Position numbers and translations under genes: made by a program | From: Myxococcales bacterium | Lineage (GTDB): Bacteria > Myxococcota_A > Polyangia > Nannocystales > Nannocystaceae | DNA length: 64,000 nt | NCBI GenBank assembly: GCA_020633295.1 | Contig: JACKDW010000001.1 | Coordinates: forward strand, 1,149,828 to 1,213,827 | Reading direction: 5' to 3' | Notes under the pieces: generated by a model | Told to the model about the DNA's origin: nothing | The model's database searches: none | What the model saw: the letters and a program-made list of their open reading frames with translations, nothing else | Shown: piece after piece, positions 50,638 to 63,867 of the stretch | Numbering within the stretch: the first letter of the stretch is position 1 | Layout: each line of letters begins with the position of its first letter

Positions 50638-50663
50638 CGGGCGATACTACACGCCAGCCGGCC

Positions 50664-52583
50664 TCACAGCGTCACGCGGTGACGCTCGCGCCACCACTCG
50701 AACACGAGCAGCGTCCACAGCACCTTGCGGTGATCGTGGCGGCCGCTGATGTGCTCCTCGACGAGGCGCGTGACCACGACCGGGTCGAGCATGCCGGCCG
50801 CGCGCAGGCGCTCGGGCGCGAGCGCCCGGCGCAGCTCCCCGGCCAGCGTCGTGCGGAGCCAGCGGGCCACGGGCATGCCGAAGCCGTGCTTGCGCCGGTG
50901 CCGGAGGTGCGCCGGGAGGGTGCCCCGCAGGGAGCGCTTGAGCGCGTACTTGGTGATCAGCCCCGCGCGCAGCTTGAGCGTCGGCGGCAGCGAGACCGCG
51001 AGCGCGATGACCTCGGGGTCGAGGAAGGGCGCGCGCACCTCGAGGCCGACCGCCATGCTCGCGCGGTCGATCTTCGTCAGGATCCCGTTGCTCAGGTAGC
51101 TGGAGAAGTACATCGCCGACATGCGCTGCGCGTGCGTCAGCCCCTCGTGGCGCGTGTAGGGCTCGGCCATGACGCGCTCGATCGCGGCGGTCGTGATCGC
51201 CGCGCGCAGCTCGGCGCGCAGCGGGTCGTCGGGGGCGCCGGGCATCACCGACGAGAGCCAGCGCATGTGCCGGGAGGGCGCGCTCTCAGCGTCGGCGCCG
51301 CGGACGAAGCGGCGCAGGATGAACTCCGGCCGGAAGTTGCCGTGGCGCGCGGGGAGCCAGTCGGCGCTGCGCGCAACCTGGTCCCGCAGCCATCTCGGCG
51401 CGAGGCGGTAGAAGCGGGCGCCCGTGTCGGCGAGGAAGGTGTCGTAGCCGAGCAGCAGCTCGTCGCCGCCGTCGCCGCCGAGCGCGACCTTGACGTGCTC
51501 CCGGGCGAAGCGCGCGAGGAAGTGCGTGGGCACCAGGCTCGGGTCGGCGAACGGCTCGTCGAGCCAGCCGCGGATCGCCGGCAGCAGCTCGAGCAGGTCG
51601 TCCGCCAGCATCGTGCGCACGTGGTGGCGCGTGCCGAACATGCGCGCGACCTCGGCCGCGTGCCGCGTCTCGTCGTAGGACGGCTCGTCGAAGCCGATCG
51701 TGAAGGTGCGGATCGTCCGGGGGTCGACGTGCGCGGCCATCGACGCGAGCACGGCGGCCGAGTCGAGGCCGCCGCTGAGGAACAGCCCGAGGTCGACGTC
51801 GGCCATCAGCCGGCGCTTGACCGAGCGCGTCAGCCCGTCGCGCAGCGCCTCGAGCTGCGCGTCCTCCCCCAGCGCGTGAAACGAGCGCCGCGCGAACGGG
51901 TCGGGGGCGTAGCGCGAGATCTCAACCTGACCGTTGTGCCAGACCATTCGGTGCCCCGGCGGCAGCTTGCGCACGCCCGCGATCGCGGCGCGCGGGCTCG
52001 GGACGTACTCGTAGGTCAGGTACAGCGCGAGCGCGTGGGGGTCGACGCGGCGCGCGATCGCGGGGTGCTCGAGCAGCGCGCTCAGCTCGGAGGCGAACAC
52101 CAGCGAGCCGTCGGGCAGGTGCGCGTAGTACAGCGGCTTCTGCCCCGCCCGGTCGCGCGCGAGCAGGGCCCGACCCGCGCGCCCGTCCCAGACCGCGAAC
52201 GCGAACATGCCGTTGAGCTGACGCGGCAGGTCGTCGCCGAACTCGACGTAGCCGTGCAGCAGCGCCTCGTTGTCGCAGCGCGTGGCGAACTCGTGCCCCC
52301 GGCGGATGAGGTCGCGCCGCAGCGCCTCGTGGTTGTAGATCTCGCCGTTGGCGACCAGCGCGACCACGCCGCCGCGCCCGCCCGGGTCGCGCCGCAGCAT
52401 CGGCTGCGCGCCGCCGCCGAGGTCGACGATCGCCAGGCGCTCGTGCGCCAGCCCGCACGGCCCGTCGACGTAGACGCCCTCGCCGTCCGGGCCGCGGTGC
52501 GCGAGCGCCCGGCCCATCCGCGTGAGCGTGACGAGCTCGGGCGTCGCCCCGTCCGCGCGCAGCCAGCCCGCGATCCCGCACAC
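50664..52583 (-). CDS. asnB: Asparagine synthetase (glutamine-hydrolysing)
   Basis: MCGIAGW N-terminal Ntn nucleophile. SGGLDSA PP-loop. Confidence 0.85.
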   Translation of the reverse strand: MCGIAGWLRADGATPELVTLTRMGRALAHRGPDGEGVYVDGPCGLAHERLAIVDLGGGAQPMLRRDPGGRGGVVALVANGEIYNHEALRRDLIRRGHEFATRCDNEALLHGYVEFGDDLPRQLNGMFAFAVWDGRAGRALLARDRAGQKPLYYAHLPDGSLVFASELSALLEHPAIARRVDPHALALYLTYEYVPSPRAAIAGVRKLPPGHRMVWHNGQVEISRYAPDPFARRSFHALGEDAQLEALRDGLTRSVKRRLMADVDLGLFLSGGLDSAAVLASMAAHVDPRTIRTFTIGFDEPSYDETRHAAEVARMFGTRHHVRTMLADDLLELLPAIRGWLDEPFADPSLVPTHFLARFAREHVKVALGGDGGDELLLGYDTFLADTGARFYRLAPRWLRDQVARSADWLPARHGNFRPEFILRRFVRGADAESAPSRHMRWLSSVMPGAPDDPLRAELRAAITTAAIERVMAEPYTRHEGLTHAQRMSAMYFSSYLSNGILTKIDRASMAVGLEVRAPFLDPEVIALAVSLPPTLKLRAGLITKYALKRSLRGTLPAHLRHRRKHGFGMPVARWLRTTLAGELRRALAPERLRAAGMLDPVVVTRLVEEHISGRHDHRKVLWTLLVFEWWRERHRVTL

Positions 52584-52908
52584 GGCTCAGCCGACCTCCG
52601 GCGGCCGGTGGGGCGCGCCAGGCGGCGGCGCGGGGGGCGCGGGCGTAGGCACAAGGCGCATGGGCGAGGCTCAGGCGTCTCGCTCGCGCGCGCGAGCGGA
52701 GACCCAGACTCGTACACTTCGAGGCCGCTTGTCCACGCCGACGCGCGCGCGCGTGCGAGCGCGCGCGCGGCACAACGCGACCCTTCAGAACCTGTCCGAT
52801 CGGTCTGCACTCGAAGCGCGCGCGTCACGGCGGCGATCGCCCGCGCCCCGCGCGCGCCCGCGAGCGCGCGCGTCACGGCGGCGATCGCCCGCGGAAGCGC
52901 GGGCTCGC

Positions 52909-53466
52909 TCACACCGCGGCGTCGTGCTGCGGACGGCCCCGCGCGAGCTTGCGCTGCAGGCTGCGCCGATGCATGCCGAGGCGCCGCGCCGCCTCGGAGA
53001 TGTTGCCCTGGCAGTCGGTCAGGACTTTCTGCAGGTGCTCCCACTCGAGCTCGTCGAGCGGCTTGGCGGCCGTCGGCGCGGGGAGGTCGATCAGCGAGGC
53101 CTGCTTGCGCGAGAACGCCGCGAGGATCTCGTCGGGCTCGGCGGGCTTCGTCAGGTAGTGCACGGCGCCGAGCTTGATCGCCTCGACGGCGCTGGCGATG
53201 CTGCCGTAGCCGGTCAGCACGACGATCTCGATCTCCGGGTCGAGCTGCTTGAGCGCGGCGACCAGCTCGAGGCCGTTGCGGCCGGGCATGCGCATGTCGA
53301 CGACGGCGCGCGCGGGGTTCCAGGCGCGCGCCTCGGAGAGCGCCTCGTCGTAGCCGTGGGCGATCACGACGGCGAAGCCGCGGCGACGGAACGACCCAGC
53401 GAGCGCCCCGCAGAACGGCTTGTCGTCATCGACGACCAGAACGTATTCGCGCGTCTCGGCACCCAT
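52909..53466 (-). CDS. regA: Response regulator of the RegA/PrrA/ActR type (REC + Fis-type HTH)
   Basis: LVVDDD...D...TGYGS...K REC. C-terminal GNISEAARRLGMHRRSLQRKL nearly identical to the canonical RegA HTH. ATG at 53464-53466. Confidence 0.7.
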   Translation of the reverse strand: MGAETREYVLVVDDDKPFCGALAGSFRRRGFAVVIAHGYDEALSEARAWNPARAVVDMRMPGRNGLELVAALKQLDPEIEIVVLTGYGSIASAVEAIKLGAVHYLTKPAEPDEILAAFSRKQASLIDLPAPTAAKPLDELEWEHLQKVLTDCQGNISEAARRLGMHRRSLQRKLARGRPQHDAAV

Positions 53467-53530
53467 GGCGTTCCCCCTGCAGTTGTGAACGAGCCCTCTT
53501 CCGGTGATCGTCTCGGCAGTCTTCGAATGT

Positions 53531-53602
53531 GTCGGCGAGGTTGTCGGCGAGGTTGTCAGCGAAGTTGTCAGCGAAGTTGTCCGCGAAGCCGTCCGCGACG
53601 AC
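53531..53602. repeat. 12-bp tandem repeat x6 between regB and regA
   Basis: gtcggcgaggtt x2, gtcagcgaagtt x2, gtccgcgaagcc, gtccgcgacgac. Confidence 0.85.
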
Positions 53603-53740
53603 GCGTCGCCGCGTGAGAAAAGCGTGCAGCTGATCTTACGTAAGGGCAAGGGGAGTGAGCCGACTCTCGCGACCGGACGTCGCACCCACGCCGCCGCCCC
53701 GCGTAATCGGCAGCGCGCGCCCGCGGTTCGGGGTTTCTCG

Positions 53741-55051
53741 CTACACGCCGGCGAGCGTCGCGTGCTGCGGCCGGACCGGGAAGCGCACGCGCGCCTTCGT
53801 GCCCCGGTCCGGGCTCGACTCGAGCTCGATCGAGCCGCCGAGCTGGCGCAGGTGCGCGCGCGCGAGGTACAGGCCCAGGCCCATCCCGCGGCCCTCCTCC
53901 TTGGTCGAGTAGAAGGGGTTGAAGGCGCGCGCGAGCGCCTGCTCGTCCATGCCCACGCCGTCGTCGACGACCTCGACGAAGACCTCCCCGTCGAGGACGT
54001 CGAAGCGCGCCACGACCTCGCGCGCGCCCGGGTGGTTGCGACAGGCCGCCGCCGCGTTCGAGACCAGCTCGCGGAGGATCTGGCCGATGACCTCACGCGG
54101 CTGCCGGACCTCGTCGGGCGGTCGCACCGCGGGCGTGAACACGACGCGCACGCGGACCCCGACCGCGGCCTCCACCAGCTCGTCCTCGAGGTCGCGCAGG
54201 GACCACGCGTCGACCTCGCGCCCGAGCTGCGGCAGCCGCAGCTCGGGCGAGGCCATCTGGTGGATGATGTGCTTGCAGCGGCGGACCTGCTGCTTGATGG
54301 TCGTGATCGACTCCTCGCGCTCGTCCTCGCCCATGTAGTCGAGATCGCCGACGAGCGCGCTGATCGTGCCCAGCGGCGAGCCCAGCTCGTGGGCGGCGCC
54401 GGCGGCCAGGGTCCCGAGCGCCGCGAGGTTGCGATCCTGCAGCGCCTCCTCGCGCAGGCGCGCGAGCTCGCCCCGCTGGCGCGCGAGCGACATCGCGATG
54501 CGGTGCACGAAGTAGGTCATGAAGGTGCCGGAGATCGCGAACGCGACCCACATGCCGCGGATGTGCGCCGAGAGGTGCTCGCCGTGCCCGGCCACGGCGC
54601 CGACGCCCGGCGAGACCAGGAACAGCGCGGCGAAGCCGGCGAGGCAGTAGAGCGCGAGCGTCCACATCCAGCGCGGCGAGATCTGGGTCGCCAGCGTGAT
54701 GGGCACGAAGAACATCGTCGTGAACGGGTTGGACACCCCGCCCGAGAGGGCCAGCAGCGCCGTCAGGGCGGTGGCGTCGATCATCAGGTGCGCGCCGGCG
54801 ATGTTCGGCGTCGCCTTGCCCGGCTTCAGGATCCAGCGCTGGGTCGCGAGGTTGAGCGCGACGAGCACGATCATCACCGCGCCGGTGCCTCGCGGTTCGG
54901 GCGGCGGCGGGAACCAGTTGATGATCCGGACCCAGGTCGGCGGGTGCAGCAGCTGCACCGTCCAGCCCAGCGCGATCAGGCCGAGCAGCACCCAGCGCGC
55001 GAACACGAAGGTCCGCAGCGCGATGTTGGCCGAAGACCGGGCGGCGGGCAC
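53741..55051 (-). CDS. regB: Membrane sensor histidine kinase of the RegB/PrrB type
   Basis: Conserved quinone-site heptapeptide GGVSNPF in TM region. H-box AHELGSPLG. Redox Cys region RRCKHII. N, G1, G2 boxes. Confidence 0.7.
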   Translation of the reverse strand: MPAARSSANIALRTFVFARWVLLGLIALGWTVQLLHPPTWVRIINWFPPPPEPRGTGAVMIVLVALNLATQRWILKPGKATPNIAGAHLMIDATALTALLALSGGVSNPFTTMFFVPITLATQISPRWMWTLALYCLAGFAALFLVSPGVGAVAGHGEHLSAHIRGMWVAFAISGTFMTYFVHRIAMSLARQRGELARLREEALQDRNLAALGTLAAGAAHELGSPLGTISALVGDLDYMGEDEREESITTIKQQVRRCKHIIHQMASPELRLPQLGREVDAWSLRDLEDELVEAAVGVRVRVVFTPAVRPPDEVRQPREVIGQILRELVSNAAAACRNHPGAREVVARFDVLDGEVFVEVVDDGVGMDEQALARAFNPFYSTKEEGRGMGLGLYLARAHLRQLGGSIELESSPDRGTKARVRFPVRPQHATLAGV

Positions 55052-55115
55052 CGACGCATCATGCCACGCGCGCGGGCGCGCCGGACGATCGAAGCGTCAG
55101 GGGGCGCCGCGACGC

Positions 55116-55367
55116 TCAGTTCGTGTCCGTGTCGGACTCGGTGTGCGCGTGCTCGTGGCCGTCGGTGTCGGTCTCGGTCGACTCGCCGCTGTCGGTCTCG
55201 TGCCCGTGCTCCTCCTGGCACGTGCCCTGACCGTCGTGGACGTCGCAGATGAGCCCCTCCGCGCAGTCCGAGTCCTTCTCGCAGACCTTGCCGACGCCGT
55301 CGTCGCAGGCCGCAGCCAAGGAGACGCCGAGGAGCAGACCGAGTACCGCCGTGGTGACGCGTCGCAT
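55116..55367 (-). CDS. Small lipoprotein with Cys-rich core and His/Asp/Glu/Thr-rich C-terminus (putative metal-binding)
   Basis: Lipobox GVSLAACDDG. CEKDSDCAEGLICD...GTCQ. EEHGHETD...DGHEHAHTESD. ATG at 55365-55367. Confidence 0.5.
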   Translation of the reverse strand: MRRVTTAVLGLLLGVSLAAACDDGVGKVCEKDSDCAEGLICDVHDGQGTCQEEHGHETDSGESTETDTDGHEHAHTESDTDTN

Positions 55368-55483
55368 GCCGGCACGGTATCGAGCGAGCGTCGCGGCGCG
55401 CAAGGGGGCTTCCCCTCGGCGCGGCTGCGACACGACGTCGCAACCCGACGCCCGGTCCCCGGGGCGCCGCAGCTCCAGGCGCT

Positions 55484-55858
55484 GTGATATGCAGCCTGGG
55501 CGTGGAGTTGTGTGTGACTACAACGTTCGAGGTGGCGCGGCGCGTCGTCGCGCTCGGGCTGCTCGCGCTGAGCGTCAGCGGCGGGCTGCTCGGCTGCATC
55601 GCCACGCTCGCGCCCAACGTCCGCGCCCGCGATCACCACGCGTCGCTCGAGCCGCGCAGCACCTGGGATGACTGCAGCGCCTGCCACGAGCTCGAGAGCG
55701 TCATGGCGCACCGGCTCGAGCACATGAGCCCGCGGGCGCGCGCCGGCGCCGAGGCCCAGGCCATGCGCGGCGGCGGGGCGCCGCTCGTGCGCGACTGGAT
55801 GGCCGAGGAGCCGCGCGGCTGCCTCGACTGCCACCGCCTGCGGGGGGGCGCGCCATGA
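55484..55858 (+). CDS. Small diheme c-type cytochrome lipoprotein
   Basis: Lipobox GGLLGCIA. Two CxxCH heme-binding motifs (CSACH, CLDCH). Confidence 0.55.
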   Translation: MICSLGVELCVTTTFEVARRVVALGLLALSVSGGLLGCIATLAPNVRARDHHASLEPRSTWDDCSACHELESVMAHRLEHMSPRARAGAEAQAMRGGGAPLVRDWMAEEPRGCLDCHRLRGGAP

Positions 55859-56775
55859 CTCGAGCGCCAGGTCGAGCGAGACGTCGAGCGCGCGCCGGCC
55901 TGCTGACCGCGGCGCTGGTCGCCGGGCTGGGCCTGACGCCCGCGCCCGCGCGCGCCCACCACACGCCGGGGCACAGCGCGTCGGAGGGCGTGCGCACGAT
56001 CAACAGCCTCGGCGGCACCGGCGGGCGGGCGCGCACGCGGCTGCTGCTGCTCAACGAGTACAGCTACACGGGGCAGGGGCTCAACCCGGGGCACTCCTAC
56101 ATCCTCTCGCTCTACGGCGAGTACGCGCCGATCCCCGACGTCTCGGTCGCCGTCCAGGCGCCGCTGCAGGTCGCGGCGTTCAAGGAGAACGACTACGCGC
56201 CGCTGGTCGGCTACGGCAACACCCGCGTCGCGCTGCGCGTGACCCCGCACGCGCGCAAGCTGATCCACCGCGTGCTCAGCACGGGCTTCAACCTCTCGAT
56301 CCCGACGCGCACGATCACGTTCCCGGTCGACCCCGGGCGCATCTGGGTGGTCACGCCCTACGTGATGTTCACGCGCACGTACACGCAGACCTACTACCAG
56401 GTGATCGCCCTCCTGCCCGTCGAGTCGCGACCCGCGGGCGTGGCCGTCGACCTCTCGCTCGGCGGGCAGGTCGGCACCCGCCTGCTCGACAGCAAGCTCT
56501 CGGCGGGCTTCGGCGCGCTCGTCGACGTCCGGCTCGCCAACTGGAAGGCCACGGTCGACGGCGGCCTCGAGTTCACGCCCGAGACCCGGCCCGGCGAGGG
56601 CCTGCCGGGCTCGTCGGACGATCGACCGATCGGCGCGACGCGGATCATCGGGACCATGAACACGGCCTACAACTTCGCGCGCTGGGGCTCGCTGATCGCC
56701 AGCCTGCAGCTCCCGCTGACGCCGAGGCACGACTTCACGGTCGGCGGCAGCCTCGGCCTCCAGGTGTTCTTCTAG
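55855..56775 (+). CDS. Outer-membrane beta-barrel protein, translationally coupled (ATGA) to the cytochrome gene
   Basis: Signal peptide ending PARAHH. Alternating amphipathic strands. C-terminal LGLQVFF with terminal Phe typical of OMP beta-signal. Confidence 0.55.
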   Translation: MTRAPGRARRRARAGLLTAALVAGLGLTPAPARAHHTPGHSASEGVRTINSLGGTGGRARTRLLLLNEYSYTGQGLNPGHSYILSLYGEYAPIPDVSVAVQAPLQVAAFKENDYAPLVGYGNTRVALRVTPHARKLIHRVLSTGFNLSIPTRTITFPVDPGRIWVVTPYVMFTRTYTQTYYQVIALLPVESRPAGVAVDLSLGGQVGTRLLDSKLSAGFGALVDVRLANWKATVDGGLEFTPETRPGEGLPGSSDDRPIGATRIIGTMNTAYNFARWGSLIASLQLPLTPRHDFTVGGSLGLQVFF

Positions 56776-56890
56776 TCAGGTGTGCTCGCGCGCGCGACCG
56801 AGGAGGCCGCGCATAGGATCCAATTGCTCGAAGGCGGAGGGCCGCGCGCTGCGTGCGTTCGACGAGACGTCGGGTTCGCTTGGTTTCGGG

Positions 56891-58123
56891 CTAGAAGCGC
56901 CCGCGCAGCGTGAGCCCGCCCGGGGACAGCCCGGCGCGCAGCGTCGCCTGGGGCTTGCGGTCGCGCGTCCACACGAGCGCGGCGACGCCGAGGGTCACGA
57001 GCGCCGCGCCGCCCGCGAGCAGCAGCGCGCCGCCGATGTCGGTGTTGTAGCGCTTCTGGCAGTCGAACACGTCCATGCCCGTCGCGCCGTCGCAGCTCGC
57101 CCGCTGGTAGTCGCCGTCGACCGCCAGCAGCGCCGCGCCGGCGCCGAGCCCGAGCGCGCCGAGCCCGAGCGACGCCCACGCGAGCCCGCGGCGACGCTTG
57201 AACTCCTTCGGGCGCTCGAGCTGGACCTCGATCGTGTCGCGCACGCCCGGCGCCGTCACGAGCTCGCGCTCCTCGTCCTTGTAGTTATCCATGCTGACGC
57301 GCAGCACGTGCTTGCCGCGATCGACCTCGACCTCCACGGGCGACAGCCCGATCAGCTCGCCGTCGATGTACACGCGCGCGCCGGGCGGCTTCGTCGTCAG
57401 CGTCAGCTGGCCGGGGCGCGTCTCGAGCGAGTCGATGAGCAGCGCGGCGTTGGTCGCCAGCGACTCGCCGACCTCCGGCAGCCCGCAGGTGTCGCACTGG
57501 TCCGCCGCGTCCGTGATCACCTCGCCGTTGTCGAGCGAGTAGAGCTTGAGCGTGATCGCGTAGTCGCGATCGTCCGCCTCCACGCGCGTGCGCAGGATGT
57601 GGGTCGCGCCCGTCGCCGCGCGCAGGCGCTGGTAGCAGGTCGGATCCTGGCACACGGAGCCGACCGCGACCGAGACGCGCGTCGGATCGATCACGCGCAC
57701 CTTGCTGCGCCCGAGGCCCTCGAGCAGCGCGTCGGTCAGCGGCTCGACGAGGAACTGCGGGTCCGAGCCCGTGATCTCGAGCGGGTGGACCGCGACGGTG
57801 AACGACGCGAGCGCCGAGTCGTCGTCGATCGAGCTCGTGGCTGAAGATTCAGGTGGCGCTGCGCCGGGCGTCGCGCAGCCGGGCCGGGCGTCGCGCCCGG
57901 CGCGGGCGTCGCGACCGACGCAGGCGCCGGCGCGGGCGCAGGGGCTCTGCTGCGCGGCGGTCGTCGCCGCAGGCGCCGGCGTCTCAGGTGCCGCGGCCGC
58001 AGGCGTCCAGGTGCCGCGGGCGCCGCGACGCCGCTGACGGGCGCGAGCGCGAGGCATAGCGATATCGTCGTCGCGAGCGCGCGGGCGAGCGCGCGACGGG
58101 GCGCGGGCGATGGTGGCGGACAT
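56891..58123 (-). CDS. PEGA-domain protein with C-terminal transmembrane segment
   Basis: PEGA motif LTTKPPGARVYIDGELIGLSPVEVEVDRGKHVLRVS. C-terminal TM GALLLAGGAALVTLGVAALVW. Start uncertain. Confidence 0.55.
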   Translation of the reverse strand: MSATIARAPSRARPRARDDDIAMPRARARQRRRGARGTWTPAAAAPETPAPAATTAAQQSPCARAGACVGRDARAGRDARPGCATPGAAPPESSATSSIDDDSALASFTVAVHPLEITGSDPQFLVEPLTDALLEGLGRSKVRVIDPTRVSVAVGSVCQDPTCYQRLRAATGATHILRTRVEADDRDYAITLKLYSLDNGEVITDAADQCDTCGLPEVGESLATNAALLIDSLETRPGQLTLTTKPPGARVYIDGELIGLSPVEVEVDRGKHVLRVSMDNYKDEERELVTAPGVRDTIEVQLERPKEFKRRRGLAWASLGLGALGLGAGAALLAVDGDYQRASCDGATGMDVFDCQKRYNTDIGGALLLAGGAALVTLGVAALVWTRDRKPQATLRAGLSPGGLTLRGRF

Positions 58124-58202
58124 CCTGTCATCGGCTCTCTCTCCGGCTCGCTGCTCCGTCGGTCCTCCGACGCTCCTCCGTCGTCCCCGCGGCTCCTCCC
58201 GG

Positions 58203-61361
<3,159 letters not shown>

Positions 61362-61608
61362 TACCGCCGCGCAATCGCACTCACAAGAATCGCGTGTTTG
61401 CTCGCGCGGCGCAACGAGCGTTGACGCCCGCCGCGCGCCCGGTGAGCGCTCGAAAAGAGCTCCTCGCCCCGCGCCGGCGGCTCGCTCGCGGCGCCCTCGT
61501 TGTCACGCCGCGCGCGTCGCCGACGCGGTCCACGAGCAGACGCGATCGCGCGCGCCGTCGCGCTCACGCGAGCGGGGATCTGCCCGGAGCGCGCGCGTCG
61601 CGTACAGC

Positions 61609-62573
61609 TCATGGCAACGGGTTCGCGCAGCGAAAGCCGACGTCGCTCGGCGCGTCGGCGGGCGCACCGTTGCCGCGGCTCGCCGCGCGCAGCAGCGACG
61701 GGCTGGTGCTGACGAAGCTCCCGCCGCGGAGCGAGCGGCGCTCGATCGGCGACGCGTCCGGGCCCGGCGGGTCGACGAGCGGCCCGCTCGCGTAGTAGTC
61801 GGCGTCGTACCAGTCGCGCACCCACTCCTTCACGTTTCCTGACATGTCCAAAACGCCATATGGAGACTGACCGCTCGGGCGCGAGCCGACCGGCTCGCTC
61901 ATGTCGGCGCCGCAGCCCGCGATGCTGCTGACCGCGTGCTCGCAGCTCGGCGCGGCGTTGCCCCAGGGGAACTCCGCGCCGCTCTCGCCGCGCGCCGCTT
62001 TCTCCCACTCCGCCTCCGTCGGCAGGCGCATCCCCGCCCACGCGCAGTAGCTCGCGGCGCCCTGCCACGCGACGCAGTTGATCGGGTGCTCCTCGCGCCC
62101 AGGCTTGCCCCAGTTGCACAGCGCGTCCGCGCCGCTCGGCGCCTGGCACTTGCCCGCGTCGACGCAGACGGCGTACGCCGACACGGTGACCTCGAGCGTG
62201 TGGATCTCGAAGCCGCCCAGCCAGACGCTCTCGACCGGCATCTCGTCGCTGGCGTCGCTGGACCCGCGGATAAACATGCCTTCAGGGACATATGTGACCA
62301 GGAGCCCGTCGCCGCTCCCGGTCCCGCCGGTGTCGCTGTCGCCGTCCCCGTCCCCGTCTCCGTCCCCGTCCCCGTCCCCGTCGCCCGTCGGGCCCGAGCT
62401 CGTGGTCTGCGTGCCGGGCTCGGTCGCGTCGGTCGCGTTCGCGCCGCTCGTCCCCGGCTCGCCGGTCACCTCGTCGGTGGTCGGGCCCCCGAGCCCCACC
62501 GTGTAGGCGGCGTTGTCCTCGAGACAGGCGGCGACGAGCCCCGCGAGCAGGACTGGGAGGAGCTTGCGCGTCA
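61609..62573 (-). CDS. FGE-sulfatase (SUMF1/formylglycine-generating-enzyme-like) domain lipoprotein with (GD)n repeat
   Basis: Lipobox GLVAACLE. (GD)7. FGE core RLPTEAEWEKAARG, PWGN, DMSGNVKEWVRDWY, RGGSF. Confidence 0.7.
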
Positions 62574-62640
62574 CCGCGGCATCATACCGCGAAGCGCCGC
62601 AGCGCCCGATCTCGCGGCGCACGCTCGCGACGCGCGTGGC

Positions 62641-63048
62641 ATGCTCACCGTGATGACGACCCGCGCGCACGAGCCCGCGCGTGAGCGCGCGTTCCTGGAT
62701 CGCCTGCGCGCGCTCATCCTCCGCTATCGCGGCGACGACCCCGACGACCCCGACGACGCGAGCTCGCGCCGCGACCCCGCGCTCGCGCGCGCGCTCGCCG
62801 AGATGCTCGAGACGCTGCGTCGCCCGCCCGACGATCCCGACGCGCCGCCCGGCGAGAGCCTCTCGCGCGCGGACGTGTACCGTATTCGCATCAGCAAGTT
62901 CGTCGCGCGCGAGCTGCCCCCAGGGTCATTCGCCGATCGAGCGCTGCGCCGCGCGGTCCGCCAGGAGGCGCGCGCGCTGGCGGAGCTGCTGCTCGGCGCG
63001 GCGACGCCCGACAGCCCCTACCTCGACCGCGCGCGCGAGCGCGGCTGA
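62641..63048 (+). CDS. Hypothetical small protein (135 aa)
   Basis: Protein-like composition (RALILRYRGDDPDDPDD...VYRIRISKFVARELPP). Not antisense to a better gene. No motif. Confidence 0.35.
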   Translation: MLTVMTTRAHEPARERAFLDRLRALILRYRGDDPDDPDDASSRRDPALARALAEMLETLRRPPDDPDAPPGESLSRADVYRIRISKFVARELPPGSFADRALRRAVRQEARALAELLLGAATPDSPYLDRARERG

Positions 63049-63074
63049 CGCGACGCGCGAACGCTGACTCGAGC

Positions 63075-63738
63075 TCACGCGCGCGCGCGCGCGCCCATCT
63101 CCTCGCGGATCCGCTTCTTCGTCGCCGCCCACGCGCAGATCGGGCAGCGCGTCAGGTCGTGCCCGCGCGCCGGGCAGTGCTCGCGCCCGAAATAGATGAT
63201 CTGCAGGTGCAGCCGGTTCCACGCCTCGCGCGGGAAGATCGCCTTGAGGTCGCGCTCGGTCCGCTCGACGGTAGTCCCGTTGGACAGGCCCCAGCGCGCC
63301 GCCAAACGATGGATGTGGGTGTCGACCGGGAACGCGGGGACGCCGAAGGCCTGGGCCATGACCACGCTCGCCGTCTTGTGGCCGACGCCCGGCAACGCCT
63401 CGAGCGCCGCGAAATCGCGCGGCACCTCGCCGGCGTGCCGCTCGAGCAGCAGCTCGGACAGACGATGAATGTTGCGCGCCTTCGCCGGCGCGAGCCCGAG
63501 GCTCCTGATGTAGCCGCGGATCTCGTCCACCGACAGCGCGGCCATCTCCGCGGGCGTCCCCGCGCGCTGAAACAGCGCGGGCGTCACCAGGTTGACGCGG
63601 GCGTCGGTGGTCTGCGCCGAGAGCAAGACCGCGATCAGCAGGGTGTATGGATCGCCGTGCTCGAGCGGAATCGGCTGCGTCGGGTACAGCGTGTCGAGGA
63701 TCTCGTGAATCCGCCGGGCTCGTTCAGCGCGCTTCATG
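63075..63738 (-). CDS. nth: Endonuclease III (HhH-GPD base-excision glycosylase/lyase with 4Fe-4S cluster)
   Basis: HhH LPGVGHKTASVV. Catalytic Asp. C-x6-C-x2-C-x5-C cluster CPARGHDLTRCPICAWA. Confidence 0.8.
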
Positions 63739-63867
63739 CCGACTCGAGTGTAGATCGGCGGTGAAAAATGCGCGAATTCGCGCCTGTGCTGATGACGCCT
63801 GCCCCGCCCCCGCAACGCGTGCGGATGCCGATCGTGCCGGTAGGCCCTTCGGGTACACTCGGCTCCA

